From a virus (taxonomy: Duplodnaviria; Caudoviricetes), in the IMG/VR virus record IMGVR_UViG_3300019458_000036, positions 1-63,207 of that record: 63,207 nt of DNA. The stretch is one strand, 5' to 3'. Of the stretch, positions 25,887 through 35,979 are shown one piece after another. The notes under the pieces were generated by a model that was given only the letters and a program-made list of their open reading frames with translations, searched no databases and had not been told where the DNA came from. A program made the position numbers and the translations under genes. The number at the start of each line of letters is the position of its first letter. Positions within the stretch are counted from its first letter, which is position 1.

Positions 25887-27371
25887 CTATTCATCGAGGG
25901 CCGCCCGCCACGCCGAGATGGTGAAGTTCGCCAGTGACTCCTTGGCTCGCAGGGCTTGCACCACCGCGTGGTCAATTGTTTTCTGTCCGTCGGGACCGGT
26001 GGCGACCACGTCGAAGTAAGAGACGTGCTTGACTTGGCCGGGCCGGTGAACCCGATCCTCTGACTGAAGCCGAGTTTTCAGGGAGTAGTCATTGGAGATG
26101 TAGACCACGGTGCTGGCAGCCGTGAGGTTGAGCCCCATGGAGCCTGAGGCCGGCGTCCCCACTACCGCCACGGGCTGCTGGGGTGAAGTTCGCGGATCCA
26201 GCAGTCGGAGAGCGTGTTCTCTATCCTCACGTAGTTGACCTCCCCATATTATACCACGGGCGAAACCTGGGGGTAAGGCGGCGTGGATGTCGGCCACCTC
26301 GTGTCTGAATCGAGCCCAAATTAACACTTTGAAAAGCGAGTCTTCCTCAAGACGCTCCTTGAGCCAGCCCGTTAACAGGCCGAGCTTCTCGGTTGAGACT
26401 CGCTCGGCGCCACGCTCCTGCAGATACTGCCGGGTACCGTTACAGCGCAGGCAGTCAGCGGGTCGCTCACAGTCACAAGCAAGCTGCTCGACGATGCCCC
26501 CGAGGAAGCCCGAGGTCAACTGCGAGAGCCGCAAGGCCCTGACCGCGGCCTGCGCGGCCGCCGACATCTTTTGCTCATCCAGCCAAACAATCATCTCCTC
26601 GCGCATCTCGCGATAGTGAGCCCATGTCTTAGGACTCAGTGGTATCGTGAGGGTCACGGGTGGAAGCTTGTCGGGAAGGTCAAGGCAGTCCTTTTTCTCC
26701 ACCCGCATTACGTGCGGGGCAATGCGTGCCTGGAGGTCCTCGAGGTTTCGCCACGCCACCACCTGACGCCCCTCAAAGCCACCCAGCACCCCGTAGCGCA
26801 GCTTGAACATGTAGAAGTTGCGTAGGTCTAAGATGCCCGGGTTGAGGACCTTCATCTGAGAAAAGAGGTCACCGGGATTGTTGGAGATGGGCGTCCCGTT
26901 GAGGATGACCACCCGCCCACAGCACCCTCGAAGTTTCAGCACGGCCTTTGTCTGCTTTGCTTTCTCGTTTTTCATGGCCGAGGACTCGTCGCAGACCAGC
27001 AGTGTTTTCGAGCTAGCGAGGTCTCGAAACTCGTCCACGTGGCTCCTCAGGTAGTCGTAGTTCGTGATGACCCACTTGAGCCCGGGACCCGTGGCCCACT
27101 TTCGCTTTCGCACATGGTGCTCCTCTACCGCAACGGCCTGGCCGTCGTAGTGCTTCGAGAGCTCTCCCAGGTGTTGGTCAAACCAGACCGCGCGCACCGA
27201 GGCCGGGCAGACAACGATCACCTGGTCAATCAAGCCATCTCGGTAGAGCAGCTGGGCAGCTGCGATAACCGTCAAGCTCTTACCCGTGCCCATCTCCATG
27301 AAGAGCCCGAACCACGGGTGGTCAAGTAACTTGTTGACCCCGAGCTTCTGATGGGCAAAGAGCTGGGTCAA
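25887..27371 (-). CDS. SNF2-family helicase
   Basis: MEMGTGKS, CDESS, LNGTP, GLNLTAA, QSEDRVHRPGQ. Confidence 0.93.
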   Translation of the reverse strand: MTQLFAHQKLGVNKLLDHPWFGLFMEMGTGKSLTVIAAAQLLYRDGLIDQVIVVCPASVRAVWFDQHLGELSKHYDGQAVAVEEHHVRKRKWATGPGLKWVITNYDYLRSHVDEFRDLASSKTLLVCDESSAMKNEKAKQTKAVLKLRGCCGRVVILNGTPISNNPGDLFSQMKVLNPGILDLRNFYMFKLRYGVLGGFEGRQVVAWRNLEDLQARIAPHVMRVEKKDCLDLPDKLPPVTLTIPLSPKTWAHYREMREEMIVWLDEQKMSAAAQAAVRALRLSQLTSGFLGGIVEQLACDCERPADCLRCNGTRQYLQERGAERVSTEKLGLLTGWLKERLEEDSLFKVLIWARFRHEVADIHAALPPGFARGIIWGGQLREDREHALRLLDPRTSPQQPVAVVGTPASGSMGLNLTAASTVVYISNDYSLKTRLQSEDRVHRPGQVKHVSYFDVVATGPDGQKTIDHAVVQALRAKESLANFTISAWRAALDE

Positions 27372-27373
27372 CT

Positions 27374-28138
27374 TTACCTCCTTCGTTTCAGCTCGGCCTC
27401 GACCAACTTCTTGACCCCAGGCGTGAAGTCCGCCGACATGATCCAGCTGAGGTAGTCAACGGGAACCTCGCTCAGCAGCTTCCCCTTGTGGCCCTTCGGG
27501 CCGCCAAACAACAGTCGCCCTTCTTTGTCGATCTTCGTGTCCATCTCTTGGTCTTTGAAGAACCGCGAGAGCCCCTCAACGTTGCGAGGGAGGTCAGGGT
27601 AGGTCAAGAGCTGAGCATGGAGCACGCGAACCGTGGCGCGGATGTCGAAGATGGCGTCGTGCGCGTTAGTCATCGTCTCGCCCAGGTAGAACTTCACTGC
27701 GTCGGAGAGGGTGCGCGTCTCCTTGAAGGCAAAGATGCGATAGGGATCGATGATCTCACCCGGCACCCACCTCACCTTGGCTCGGATGAACTCCTCGGCG
27801 AGCATCGCGCAGTCAAATTTGGCGTTGTAACCGCAGATGTCCCCGTCGAGGAGGGTCGCTAGCTCCGGGGCTAGGGCCTCGAACGGCAGGGCCGCTTCGA
27901 CATCGAGGGTGTAGAGCCCGTGAATCTTCGAGGCTTCCACCGGGATGGGGCACCCGGGGTTGAACACGGTGTTCACCTCGATGACGTGGCCGTCGGGCCA
28001 AATCTTGACGGCCGCCAGTTGCACGACGCGGTCAACGGCCGGTGACTTACCCGTCGTCTCGACGTCGACTGCTGTCAGTGGGCGCTGAAGCTGGAGCAGC
28101 GAGGCTAAGGCCGGTCCGGGGGTTAGCGGCTCCCTCAC
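27374..28138 (-). CDS. DnaQ/DEDDh 3'-5' exonuclease
   Basis: DVETTG, GYNAKFD, NAHDAIFDI, C-terminal HKGK..SEVPVDYLSW. Confidence 0.92.
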   Translation of the reverse strand: MREPLTPGPALASLLQLQRPLTAVDVETTGKSPAVDRVVQLAAVKIWPDGHVIEVNTVFNPGCPIPVEASKIHGLYTLDVEAALPFEALAPELATLLDGDICGYNAKFDCAMLAEEFIRAKVRWVPGEIIDPYRIFAFKETRTLSDAVKFYLGETMTNAHDAIFDIRATVRVLHAQLLTYPDLPRNVEGLSRFFKDQEMDTKIDKEGRLLFGGPKGHKGKLLSEVPVDYLSWIMSADFTPGVKKLVEAELKRRR

Positions 28139-28308
28139 CTGACCTCCTCTTCGACCTCCTTGAAGTGCCTCTTGAGGTACTTCAACAGCAGCCCGTAGAC
28201 CAAGCGAGACACCGTGGTGTCCTCCTCCTTGGCGCGCTGCTTGAGCTGCTTGGACATCCCTTGCGTAATGTGCGCGTTGACGAACTTATCGCGATTCGTG
28301 GTGATCAT
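28135..28308 (-). CDS. Ribbon-helix-helix transcriptional regulator (57 aa)
   Basis: Below the ORF-track cutoff. MITTNRDKFVNAHITQGMSKQLKQRAKEEDTTVSRLVYGLL, with GGAGG RBS. Confidence 0.65.
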   Translation of the reverse strand: MITTNRDKFVNAHITQGMSKQLKQRAKEEDTTVSRLVYGLLLKYLKRHFKEVEEEVR

Positions 28309-28738
28309 TTAGGCCTCCCTGCTTGGCTAAGGACTCGGGCCACCTCAGCCTTCTCCATAAAAACTCTCGCACCGCGGCGTGACCGTCGCCTGTTTGAACA
28401 AGTGTCCAACTTCCCTGGTGCACGTAAATCGAAAATGGCCTCGAACCCCTGGTGCCCGTATCCCAGTAGACGAGGAGGCAACCGTTGAGTCGCGCCAGTG
28501 TCTCAAGCTGTAGCCCCGTTGCCTTGATGCGCCAGGAGCAGCGCGCGCCCACGCCGCTGTCCTTGACGACCTTCACCTCGACCCACGCGCAGCGAGTGGG
28601 CCACAGGTCACCCAACGTGAGTGAGAGGTCAGGGATGCCGGCAGTAAAGCGGTCCTCGTGCCGCAGCACCGTCCAAAACTGCTGTGCCCGAAGCTCCTTG
28701 ACAAGCTCCGACTTGGCCTGCTTCTCACTCAAGGTCAC
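28286..28738 (-). CDS. PD-(D/E)xK nuclease (VRR-NUC/resolvase-like)
   Basis: GIPDL...WVEVK...LQ motif. Confidence 0.8.
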   Translation of the reverse strand: MTLSEKQAKSELVKELRAQQFWTVLRHEDRFTAGIPDLSLTLGDLWPTRCAWVEVKVVKDSGVGARCSWRIKATGLQLETLARLNGCLLVYWDTGTRGSRPFSIYVHQGSWTLVQTGDGHAAVREFLWRRLRWPESLAKQGGLNDHHESR

Positions 28739-28740
28739 GG

Positions 28741-29235
28741 TTACCCTGCCTCCGCGGTAATGCGGGACCGGTATGCCTCGGATCTTGTATAGTCATGTCG
28801 CTCAAAGTGTAGAGGTAGGTGATAGAGCACCTCCTCGAAGCGCGCGTAGCTTCGCCTGAATAGATCCTCTGTGTTAACTTGGTCACCTGACTTGAGCTTC
28901 TCTCGCCAATTTTCTTGACACACGTCGAATGGCGGCAGGCAGATGATCCACTTGGGCATTGCCCACAAGGTGAAATCCACGAAGGTTTGAATATCGCCAA
29001 GAGAAACTTGAAAGTGATCTCTCAGTAGCGGCCCATAGACATACTCACTCACGATAAAGCGGTCGAAGATGGCGCTCGAGTTACGATAGAAGAGGTCGGC
29101 AAAAAAACTCATCGCGACAACTCCAGGCGGCACCCCTAACACATGGTAAACGGGTATGCAGAGCGCTGTTCGCGCATACTCTTTAGCGAGGGTGCTCTTT
29201 CCGGCCCCGTCAGGTCCGTCAAGCACGTAGATCAT
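28741..29235 (-). CDS. Deoxynucleoside monophosphate kinase-like P-loop protein
   Basis: LDGPDGAGKST, IFDRFIVSEYVYGPLLR. Confidence 0.85.
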   Translation of the reverse strand: MIYVLDGPDGAGKSTLAKEYARTALCIPVYHVLGVPPGVVAMSFFADLFYRNSSAIFDRFIVSEYVYGPLLRDHFQVSLGDIQTFVDFTLWAMPKWIICLPPFDVCQENWREKLKSGDQVNTEDLFRRSYARFEEVLYHLPLHFERHDYTRSEAYRSRITAEAG

Positions 29236-29292
29236 GAAACCCCCAGAAAATTGCGTGCGCGTATCTAGGAGTCGCGCCCCTCCCTGGGCCAA

Positions 29293-29586
29293 CTACTTGG
29301 CGCTGAGCTGAGCCTGGAGCTTGGCGATCTTCTCTGCGATGCGAGCTCGCTTTGCGGCGATCGGGTCACCCTTCCGCTTCTTCAGCGCCTCGCGAAACTG
29401 GGTCGAGAGGGGCGCGAAAGCTTCCCGCAGGTGACCAGCTGGAACCTCGGTGGTGGTTCCCAGCTTGTCGATGACGAGCTTCAAGGCGGCCTTGAAGCCC
29501 TCGTACTGCGCGGCCCCGGCTCCGGATAGCGGGTTGAGGGGCTTCTTTGCCTTCGGCTCTTTCTTGGTGCTCTTTTCTTCGCTCAT
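29293..29586 (-). CDS. Small basic hypothetical protein
   Basis: 97 aa, AAGGAG RBS, directly behind a sigma70 promoter. Confidence 0.7.
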   Translation of the reverse strand: MSEEKSTKKEPKAKKPLNPLSGAGAAQYEGFKAALKLVIDKLGTTTEVPAGHLREAFAPLSTQFREALKKRKGDPIAAKRARIAEKIAKLQAQLSAK

Positions 29587-29615
29587 TCGTCAGCTCTCCT
29601 TCAAGCTGTAGGTCG

Positions 29616-29644
29616 ATTTTAACCCAACGCCCACCGGTTGTCAA
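29616..29644 (-). promoter_or_regulatory. sigma70-type promoter
   Basis: TTGACA-N17-TAAAAT. Confidence 0.75.
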
Positions 29645-29653
29645 CAGTCATCT

Positions 29654-30499
29654 TTACTTTTCCTTGGGCGGATTCTCAAACACCGTTGAACCCTTGTCCT
29701 CCTCAAATCGGTCAAACATCGGGTGACGGTAACCGCCGTCCGGCGTCCGCTCCTGGTAGTCGATGCGGAGCTTCCGGCCCATGAAGATATCGGGCCCAAA
29801 ACTCTCAAACATCGCCCGGGTGGCGTCATCCTTGGCCTTCACCCGGGTCTCGTTGCCCTCGTCATCGACAAGGAGCACCACGGAGTGAGGGCCGCTCTTA
29901 CCTTTGGCGAAGCCCACAACCGTCAAGACCGCCGTGCGCTCCTGCTTGACTTTGAGCTGGTCCTTGGAGCGCTTGCCTGGCTGATAGGGCGCAGCGAGCC
30001 GCTTGAGGATGAGCCCCTCGCCGTCGAGGCTCCAGACCTCGCGGGCGAGGACGGCAATCTCGGGGCGGCCAAGAAAGATGGTCGTGGTCTTGGCTAGGCA
30101 CACCGGGCCGCGGTCATGTCGAAAGATCTCGACGAGAAAGGAGCGGCGCTCGCTGTAGGGTCTCGAGGTGATAGCGTGGCCCAAGACTTCGAGGAGGTCG
30201 AAGACTACGTACACCAGCTCATCTTGGTTGAGCTTCTCGGTCACGCCATATGACCGCTTACCGGGCACGAAGAGCTCGCCATCGTAGACACCGACAGGCA
30301 GGCGCTTCAACTCCTCGATGAGGTGAGCCGGTAGCTCTCGCCGTAGGCCGCCCCGTGAGGTAGCGCAAATCCACGGGCAGCTGTCGGTCACCTTGACCAT
30401 GAGGCGGTGGCCGTCGTACTTTTCCTCGGCCACCCAGGTCCCGGGAGCCGGGTTGAAGTCCTCTGGCATCGGGTGGGCCAGCATCGGTTCGTAGCTCAT
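29654..30499 (-). CDS. ATP-dependent DNA ligase
   Basis: EEKYDGHR, DGEL, VFDLL, EGLILK, YQPGKRS, RHPMF. Confidence 0.93.
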   Translation of the reverse strand: MSYEPMLAHPMPEDFNPAPGTWVAEEKYDGHRLMVKVTDSCPWICATSRGGLRRELPAHLIEELKRLPVGVYDGELFVPGKRSYGVTEKLNQDELVYVVFDLLEVLGHAITSRPYSERRSFLVEIFRHDRGPVCLAKTTTIFLGRPEIAVLAREVWSLDGEGLILKRLAAPYQPGKRSKDQLKVKQERTAVLTVVGFAKGKSGPHSVVLLVDDEGNETRVKAKDDATRAMFESFGPDIFMGRKLRIDYQERTPDGGYRHPMFDRFEEDKGSTVFENPPKEK

Positions 30500-30503
30500 C
30501 GTC

Positions 30504-30716
30504 TCAGCTCCACGATGCGGGGTTCAGGCGGTCGCCTGCCTCCCACGCAAAGTCGGGCGCCTCTCGTTGCATTACCTTGATAAATTCGTTGACGATGACC
30601 AGCCGCAAGACTATCCAGCAGGGGTAAGGCGGTAGCGACTGGATGGTGACGTAGGGCTCATTTTTCTCGTTGGCGTTCTTTCGAGCCTCGTCATAGGCTT
30701 CCCCGCGGGTGTTCAT
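30504..30716 (-). CDS. Hypothetical protein
   Basis: 70-aa ORF in a run of small coupled genes. Confidence 0.5.
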   Translation of the reverse strand: MNTRGEAYDEARKNANEKNEPYVTIQSLPPYPCWIVLRLVIVNEFIKVMQREAPDFAWEAGDRLNPASWS

Positions 30717-30995
30717 GACTCGGGCTCCACGAGGTCGAAGTCAGTCGTCAGCACCGTTACGGAGTCACGGATGAGCTTCGAGAGCCGGGCCGCGGCCTGG
30801 TTGGACCGCAGCCGGGCCTCGTAGCGCTCGGCCAGCACCTCGAACTCCTCGTAGGTCATCGGTATCCCTCGTCATAAGTGGTCAAAAGCAGAAAACCCAT
30901 GCCAAGCGCGAACGCGAGCCAAGGTTGGCCGGCGGCCATGCTTTTTGAGAAGAGGAGTCCCGTCACGAATCCAAGGACACCTAAAAGTTGGTGAT

Positions 30996-31217
30996 TCATC
31001 GGCGCACCGCCGCGGGTTTCATCGCGTGGTAGATCACCTGCTTCGTGGCGCGCAGGTTGCTGACCACGGTTCGCAGGTGCTGTGAGACGGCGGCCATCTC
31101 TTGCATTCGCGGAAGGGCTAGCGCTCTGGCGATCTCGTCGCACTGCCGGTCGATCACCGCCATCGCGTAGATCAGCTGGCCGCGGTCAACCTCGGGCTCG
31201 TCTTTTGGCATGGTCAT
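30996..31217 (-). CDS. Hypothetical protein
   Basis: MTMPKDEPEVDRG..., GGAGGA RBS, ATGA overlap. Confidence 0.5.
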   Translation of the reverse strand: MTMPKDEPEVDRGQLIYAMAVIDRQCDEIARALALPRMQEMAAVSQHLRTVVSNLRATKQVIYHAMKPAAVRR

Positions 31218-31639
31218 TGTCTTGTCCTCCGCTCGACGCAGTCGTGACAATCCTCGATGCCGCAGAGCGAGCCGCGGTTGTGGATGAAGGCCGCGATGAG
31301 CTCCTTGAGCTCGTTGAAGGGGATGGTTACCGAGTCGCGGACGCCGTCGCGCCCGTAGGTGCCGCCGGCGTACTTCAGCTCGGCTCCCGACACCTCGCGG
31401 AGCTCGGTGAGGAGCTTCTTGGCAGTGGCGGTAATGCGCTCGTTGGCCCGCCCCTCGGCGGCCCACTTGGCGTCGCGGCTGGCTTGTCTCTTGTTGAAGC
31501 CCTCCGTGGAGTGAGCTTTGCAGAGCCAGTGACCGTTCTCCTGAACGGTGCCGGGCTTCGTGCAGAGGCGGCTGCTGAAGTTGGAGTGGATTCGACAGCT
31601 GCATCGTGGTTTCGTTTCCGTTGTCATTGTCATTGTCAT
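31214..31639 (-). CDS. Hypothetical protein with Cys/His zinc motifs
   Basis: AAGGAG RBS. C..C..CKAH and CGIEDCHDC. Confidence 0.6.
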   Translation of the reverse strand: MTMTMTTETKPRCSCRIHSNFSSRLCTKPGTVQENGHWLCKAHSTEGFNKRQASRDAKWAAEGRANERITATAKKLLTELREVSGAELKYAGGTYGRDGVRDSVTIPFNELKELIAAFIHNRGSLCGIEDCHDCVERRTRQ

Positions 31640-31928
31640 TTCTCCTTTTCGGTTCTACTTCTCAAGTTGACCACCAGCCTCAACCTCTCGGTGACTCAAC
31701 GGTATCGCACTCGCTTCCACCACCGGCATGGCGTGCGCGAAGCCGTCCGCACGAGCAGGTGTTCTCGACCGTGACCTCTGTCGCGGGGCGTCGCCGCGTC
31801 ACGGGAACATGACGGCACCCGTCAATCCTGTCGGCGCCACAATCGGGGCACTGCTCATCCCCGGCCAGGAATGCCTTGCGCATCTCCTTATACTCCGCCG
31901 CGATCCGCTCTCTGTTCGTCATAGGTAG

Positions 31929-31957
31929 ATGATAACACGGGTTTTTAACCTTGTCCA
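31929..31957 (-). promoter_or_regulatory. sigma70-type promoter, possibly leaderless
   Basis: TGGACA-N17-TATCAT, with an ATG 7 nt downstream. Confidence 0.6.
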
Positions 31958-32345
31958 CAACTATTTTAGCCCGTTAAGTGTTTTGTTTTTAACTACTTAG
32001 GGCCTCGTCAACTTGCGCCAGGGTGAGGTCCTCGTCCCGAAGGAGATCGCGAAGCTTCTCGCCTGGGGCCGGGGGCGTGACATTCGGGGAGAGCTCGCGG
32101 TACTCCCTCTCGCCCATCCTCACGAAGAACCTCGTCACCGGACCGAGGGCGGTCTGCTTGTCGACGCGCACCACGGACCGGAACTGGCCGACGTCGAGCT
32201 TAAGCCCTCGTTGGCCCTTGACCTTTGCCCTCATAGGTGGAGTCTTCGCATGTAGAACCATTGGCCACCGTTATTGGGGCGAATCAGTCGCGCGAGGATC
32301 ACTCCGCCTTTGCGCACCCATTCCCACTCGACGACGATCGTCAGC

Positions 32346-32633
32346 TTACCGGGCACGGTGCTCTCCGCAATACCAGTTGCTTAGCACGCTGGGAAAAGTC
32401 GAGTAGCCGGCGCTCATGATCTTCCAGACCGGAGGCCCGGGTGTCGGGTCAAGCGCCGAGGTTACCGGGCCAAACACCGCGAGGCGAGGCTCCGTGATCG
32501 ACACGGGCGGAAAGCGCCGACAGTGCCCGCCACTTATAATCACCTCGCCATCCGTATCGAGGGCGGTCTCTTGGGGTAGGGCCTCAGGTTTCACGTCGGG
32601 AGCGACATACCAACAACAGCTTTTGCACTTCAT
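32346..32633 (-). CDS. Small Cys-rich phage protein
   Basis: CKSC...GHCRRFPP...FPSV...WYCGEH. Confidence 0.65.
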   Translation of the reverse strand: MKCKSCCWYVAPDVKPEALPQETALDTDGEVIISGGHCRRFPPVSITEPRLAVFGPVTSALDPTPGPPVWKIMSAGYSTFPSVLSNWYCGEHRAR

Positions 32634-32999
32634 CTTATCTTGACTCCTCGTTCGGTCATGACGGTCTTGATCGAGTCCTGGATTGTCTTGTTGTGCTCTC
32701 CAACCTCGTCGATTCGTAGGTAACTCCAGACGAAGCACGCGGGACAAAAGAAGTAGAGCCGGGGTACCGGAGCTCGGCAGACAACGCAACGCGCTAGCTT
32801 GCCGTCGGGCTCAGCTCCGATGAGCTCAGGATGTAGGCTCAATGGCTCAGCGCCCTGACGTAGCGCCGTACCAGCCGTCCGAAGCGGATGGCGGCCTTGG
32901 CGTGACTGGCCCACCTCAAGCACTCCTCGCACGTCCACTCGCGCGGGGCCATGCGACACTTCTGCTTGCCGCAGACATCACACCGTATCATCCGAGCTT

Positions 33000-33257
33000 T
33001 CAATTGCCCCTTTGTGTGAGTTCCGCCGAGGTGGCGGCCCGCGGAACCGGACCGAGCAGGCCCTCTTGACGAGCTTCCAGTAAGAGCTCCAGTAGTAGCT
33101 TCAGACTCTCAAAGTCTAGGAGGTCGAGCTTCTCACTCCAGCCGATCGAGCTTCCAGTAAGTTTTCGGTAGATGGTGCTGAACCCGGAGCTCGAGATCTC
33201 GAGGCGAAGCCTGTCACCCTCGAGAGTGGTCTCGGTCTTGATGATCTTTTTGGTCAT
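33000..33257 (-). CDS. Hypothetical protein
   Basis: GAGGTG RBS, TAATG coupling. Confidence 0.55.
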   Translation of the reverse strand: MTKKIIKTETTLEGDRLRLEISSSGFSTIYRKLTGSSIGWSEKLDLLDFESLKLLLELLLEARQEGLLGPVPRAATSAELTQRGN

Positions 33258-33571
33258 TATTCACCTCTCAGTTGTTCGTTAAACTCTCGATCCCGTCGAA
33301 TCTTTTCGGAGCCGTACCACTGGCCGCCAGCCTCAGGTGTCCAATGGTAAATCAAGATCCCGCCGCTGAAAACCGTGAACTCGGAGCTCTTCGGCACCCT
33401 GAAGATGCGCGACTGTAAGCTACCCTCGTTGTCCATCCAGGTGTCGATGAGCTCACCGCGCGTGGCGCTGTGCTCGAGCTTGCCAAAGGGGCCGATCTCA
33501 AAGATGCCGAGCGGGTCGGTGTCGTCGCCGTCTTGCGGCGATTGCTCAGTGGGCCAATCAAAGATAACCAT
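33257..33571 (-). CDS. Hypothetical protein
   Basis: 104 aa, directly behind a promoter. Confidence 0.55.
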   Translation of the reverse strand: MVIFDWPTEQSPQDGDDTDPLGIFEIGPFGKLEHSATRGELIDTWMDNEGSLQSRIFRVPKSSEFTVFSGGILIYHWTPEAGGQWYGSEKIRRDREFNEQLRGE

Positions 33572-33577
33572 GATTTG

Positions 33578-33606
33578 ATTTTATCTTACCGGTTCGACTT
33601 TGTCAA
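33578..33606 (-). promoter_or_regulatory. sigma70-type promoter overlapping the polymerase stop
   Basis: TTGACA-N17-TAAAAT. Confidence 0.7.
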
Positions 33607-35569
33607 TCAATCTCCTCTTGGCCCACATGGCCTCCACGCGAGCTTTCTGCTCGTCAGTGAGCGTCGCCTCTGGCTTGGCACCCTTCTTTGCGTCATTCCA
33701 GTTAGGACCGGTGGCCGCGTCCCAGAGAATGGGGACACGAAATGGAATTGCCTGCTCATTGAGCACCTTTTCCAGCTCGATGGCCATGTGCTCGTCAGGG
33801 ATGTCCCCGCAGAGCTCATCGTGTACCGTCAGTCGCATGGTGAAACCGAGCTCCTTGCGCACGGCATAGGCGTCGCACATCTTGAGTTTCATTACGTCAG
33901 CTGCCGTTGGCTGAATGATTGAGTTGAGCGCCTTGTGAAACTTCACGGCCTTTGCCGCTACGGCATTGGCCGGAAAGCGAGCACGACGCCCGAGGATTGA
34001 CTTGATGTACCCGCGCACGCGTGCCGTGTTTTGAGCCTCGGTCATCAGTCGCCCCGGTGCCGGAAACCGCTGGTGATAGAGCTTGTAGAGTGACTTCACG
34101 TCGGCTACCGGCAACCGTAGCATCTCCGCTACCTTGTCTGGCCCGGCCCCATAGATGATAGAGAAGTTCACCGTTTTAAGGTTATCGTAGGCGATGTCTG
34201 GTTGCACCTCTTGCACCATCTTCATGACGAGCTTGTGATAGGAGAGGTGGGGGTCCTTGGCGTAGGCCTCGAGGATCTCCTGGTCAGCTGCGTAGTGCGA
34301 GAGGATACGATACTCGATCTGTGCGGCGTCGGCGGCAAACCACAAGTTACCAGGATCGGGGATGAAGAGCTTCTTCACCATGTAGAGGTCACCGACGATG
34401 TTCGAAAACTTGTAGTTGCGGTGAGTCCCCGTGAAGACCTGCTGGAGGTTGGCTCCGATGCTCTCCCCGTCAATCCTGTAACCCGAGGAAGAGTAGCGGC
34501 CCGTAATGGTGCCGCCCTCGTCACCCAGCAGCTGGTGGAAGGAGGTGCGAAGCCGAAGCCCGTCAAGACCCTCGATGTACTTCACGATGAACTTCGAGCG
34601 CATTGACTCGAGACCCTTGATCTTGGTCGCGAGGGCCACTATCGGGTGGTCGAGGTAGGCCTCGAGGGCATTGGAGGTAAAGCCGACTCGCTTGAACTTC
34701 TTACCGTGCTTATCGGTCACCGTGATCTCGGGGTAGGGTATCTGGAGCTTGTCAAAGAGGGTACGCCAGCCCTTTGGCGAGTCCTTGAACTGCAGACCTA
34801 TCTCTCGCTTGATTGACTGCTCGTAGTCATAGAGCTTCTCTTTCGTGTCCTTCTCCCAAGCCAGGAGGAGCTCGACATCGAGGAGGGTAGGGTTGCGCTC
34901 CAGCTCACAGGTCGGGTAGATGCAGCGGCTCTCGAGGCTGAGGACTCGCTCAAGGTCTTGGTCAACGATGCTCGGCATCATTGCCTCATGGAGCATTCCC
35001 GTGAGCAAGGCATCTTGTCGAGCATATGAGGCCACGAGAGCTGCGTGTACCTCAGTCAACTTTCGGATGTCGGTGCCGAGCTTGACTTTCTGGTGCTCCT
35101 CACCCAGATAGTCGCGGGCAATCGCGTTCAACGAGAAACCTTGAGGCGGGTGACCGGCCCAGGGCTTCGCCCGTAGGTCATCGAGGAGGGCCGCGAGGTG
35201 GCCCGTGTCTACCCAGGCGCAGTCCTGAGCCTCGAGGTCGATGCCCCACTCGTAGAGCATGTGATTGTCGAACTTCGCGTTGTGGCCCACGAGCAACTTA
35301 CTTCGGAGCTCGCGGCGTGCCCACTCCTTGACCGCCGCCTCATCGAGGTTGCCCCCGGCGTGACCGAAGCCCAGATAACGAGTCTCCCACCGTTGCCCAT
35401 CTTTCCACGCGACGGCAATGCCGAGGGGCCGGTGACCGGTCCACCACTTGAGGCCCGTTGTCTCGGTGTCGATTACCACCGTGTGCGCGTCAGTGAGCCG
35501 GGGTGGCTGGTCAGGAATATAACCCGAGGTTGAGGGTGAGCTACGAGGCAGCGGGAGCTGGAAGGTCAC
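33581..35569 (-). CDS. polA: Family A DNA polymerase with 3'-5' exonuclease
   Basis: DTETTG, GHNAKFD, YARQDA (exonuclease). TITGRYSS, DAAQIEYR (motif A), KTVNFSIIYG (motif B), TVHDE (motif C). Confidence 0.95.
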   Translation of the reverse strand: MTFQLPLPRSSPSTSGYIPDQPPRLTDAHTVVIDTETTGLKWWTGHRPLGIAVAWKDGQRWETRYLGFGHAGGNLDEAAVKEWARRELRSKLLVGHNAKFDNHMLYEWGIDLEAQDCAWVDTGHLAALLDDLRAKPWAGHPPQGFSLNAIARDYLGEEHQKVKLGTDIRKLTEVHAALVASYARQDALLTGMLHEAMMPSIVDQDLERVLSLESRCIYPTCELERNPTLLDVELLLAWEKDTKEKLYDYEQSIKREIGLQFKDSPKGWRTLFDKLQIPYPEITVTDKHGKKFKRVGFTSNALEAYLDHPIVALATKIKGLESMRSKFIVKYIEGLDGLRLRTSFHQLLGDEGGTITGRYSSSGYRIDGESIGANLQQVFTGTHRNYKFSNIVGDLYMVKKLFIPDPGNLWFAADAAQIEYRILSHYAADQEILEAYAKDPHLSYHKLVMKMVQEVQPDIAYDNLKTVNFSIIYGAGPDKVAEMLRLPVADVKSLYKLYHQRFPAPGRLMTEAQNTARVRGYIKSILGRRARFPANAVAAKAVKFHKALNSIIQPTAADVMKLKMCDAYAVRKELGFTMRLTVHDELCGDIPDEHMAIELEKVLNEQAIPFRVPILWDAATGPNWNDAKKGAKPEATLTDEQKARVEAMWAKRRLIDKVEPVR

Positions 35570-35979
35570 GGGTAGAGCCGCTCTCTCAGCTCAGTTACAC
35601 ACTCTTCGGGAGCTTTGACTCCCGTGTCGAGGGTGTAGACTTGCCCAAAGCTGGTTTCCGTGTGAAAGTACCAGTCAAAGAATTCGCTAGCGGCCTCGAG
35701 GTCCTCGGTAAGCGGGTCGCCCTTGGCTCTCTGACGCTCGTAGGCCAGCTCAGGTGCACAGCGCAACCAGATGACCCACACGTCGGCGATGAGCTGCAGC
35801 TTACGGTTCATGGGTTCGTAGTCCACCCGTGGGCGGTTGTAGAGTAGGTTGTAGACCCAACACGAGGGTGTCCACCGGTGCATGATGGGGTCAGCGAAGT
35901 TGGAGAGGGCCGAGATGGGGTGCACGAGGGTCGACTTGCCGGCTCCGGAGATTCCCTCGAGGATGATGATGCGCCGCAT
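35566..35979 (-). CDS. Thymidylate-kinase-like P-loop protein
   Basis: IIILEGISGAGKST, HRWTPSCWVY, WLRCAPELAYER. Confidence 0.8.
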   Translation of the reverse strand: MRRIIILEGISGAGKSTLVHPISALSNFADPIMHRWTPSCWVYNLLYNRPRVDYEPMNRKLQLIADVWVIWLRCAPELAYERQRAKGDPLTEDLEAASEFFDWYFHTETSFGQVYTLDTGVKAPEECVTELRERLYP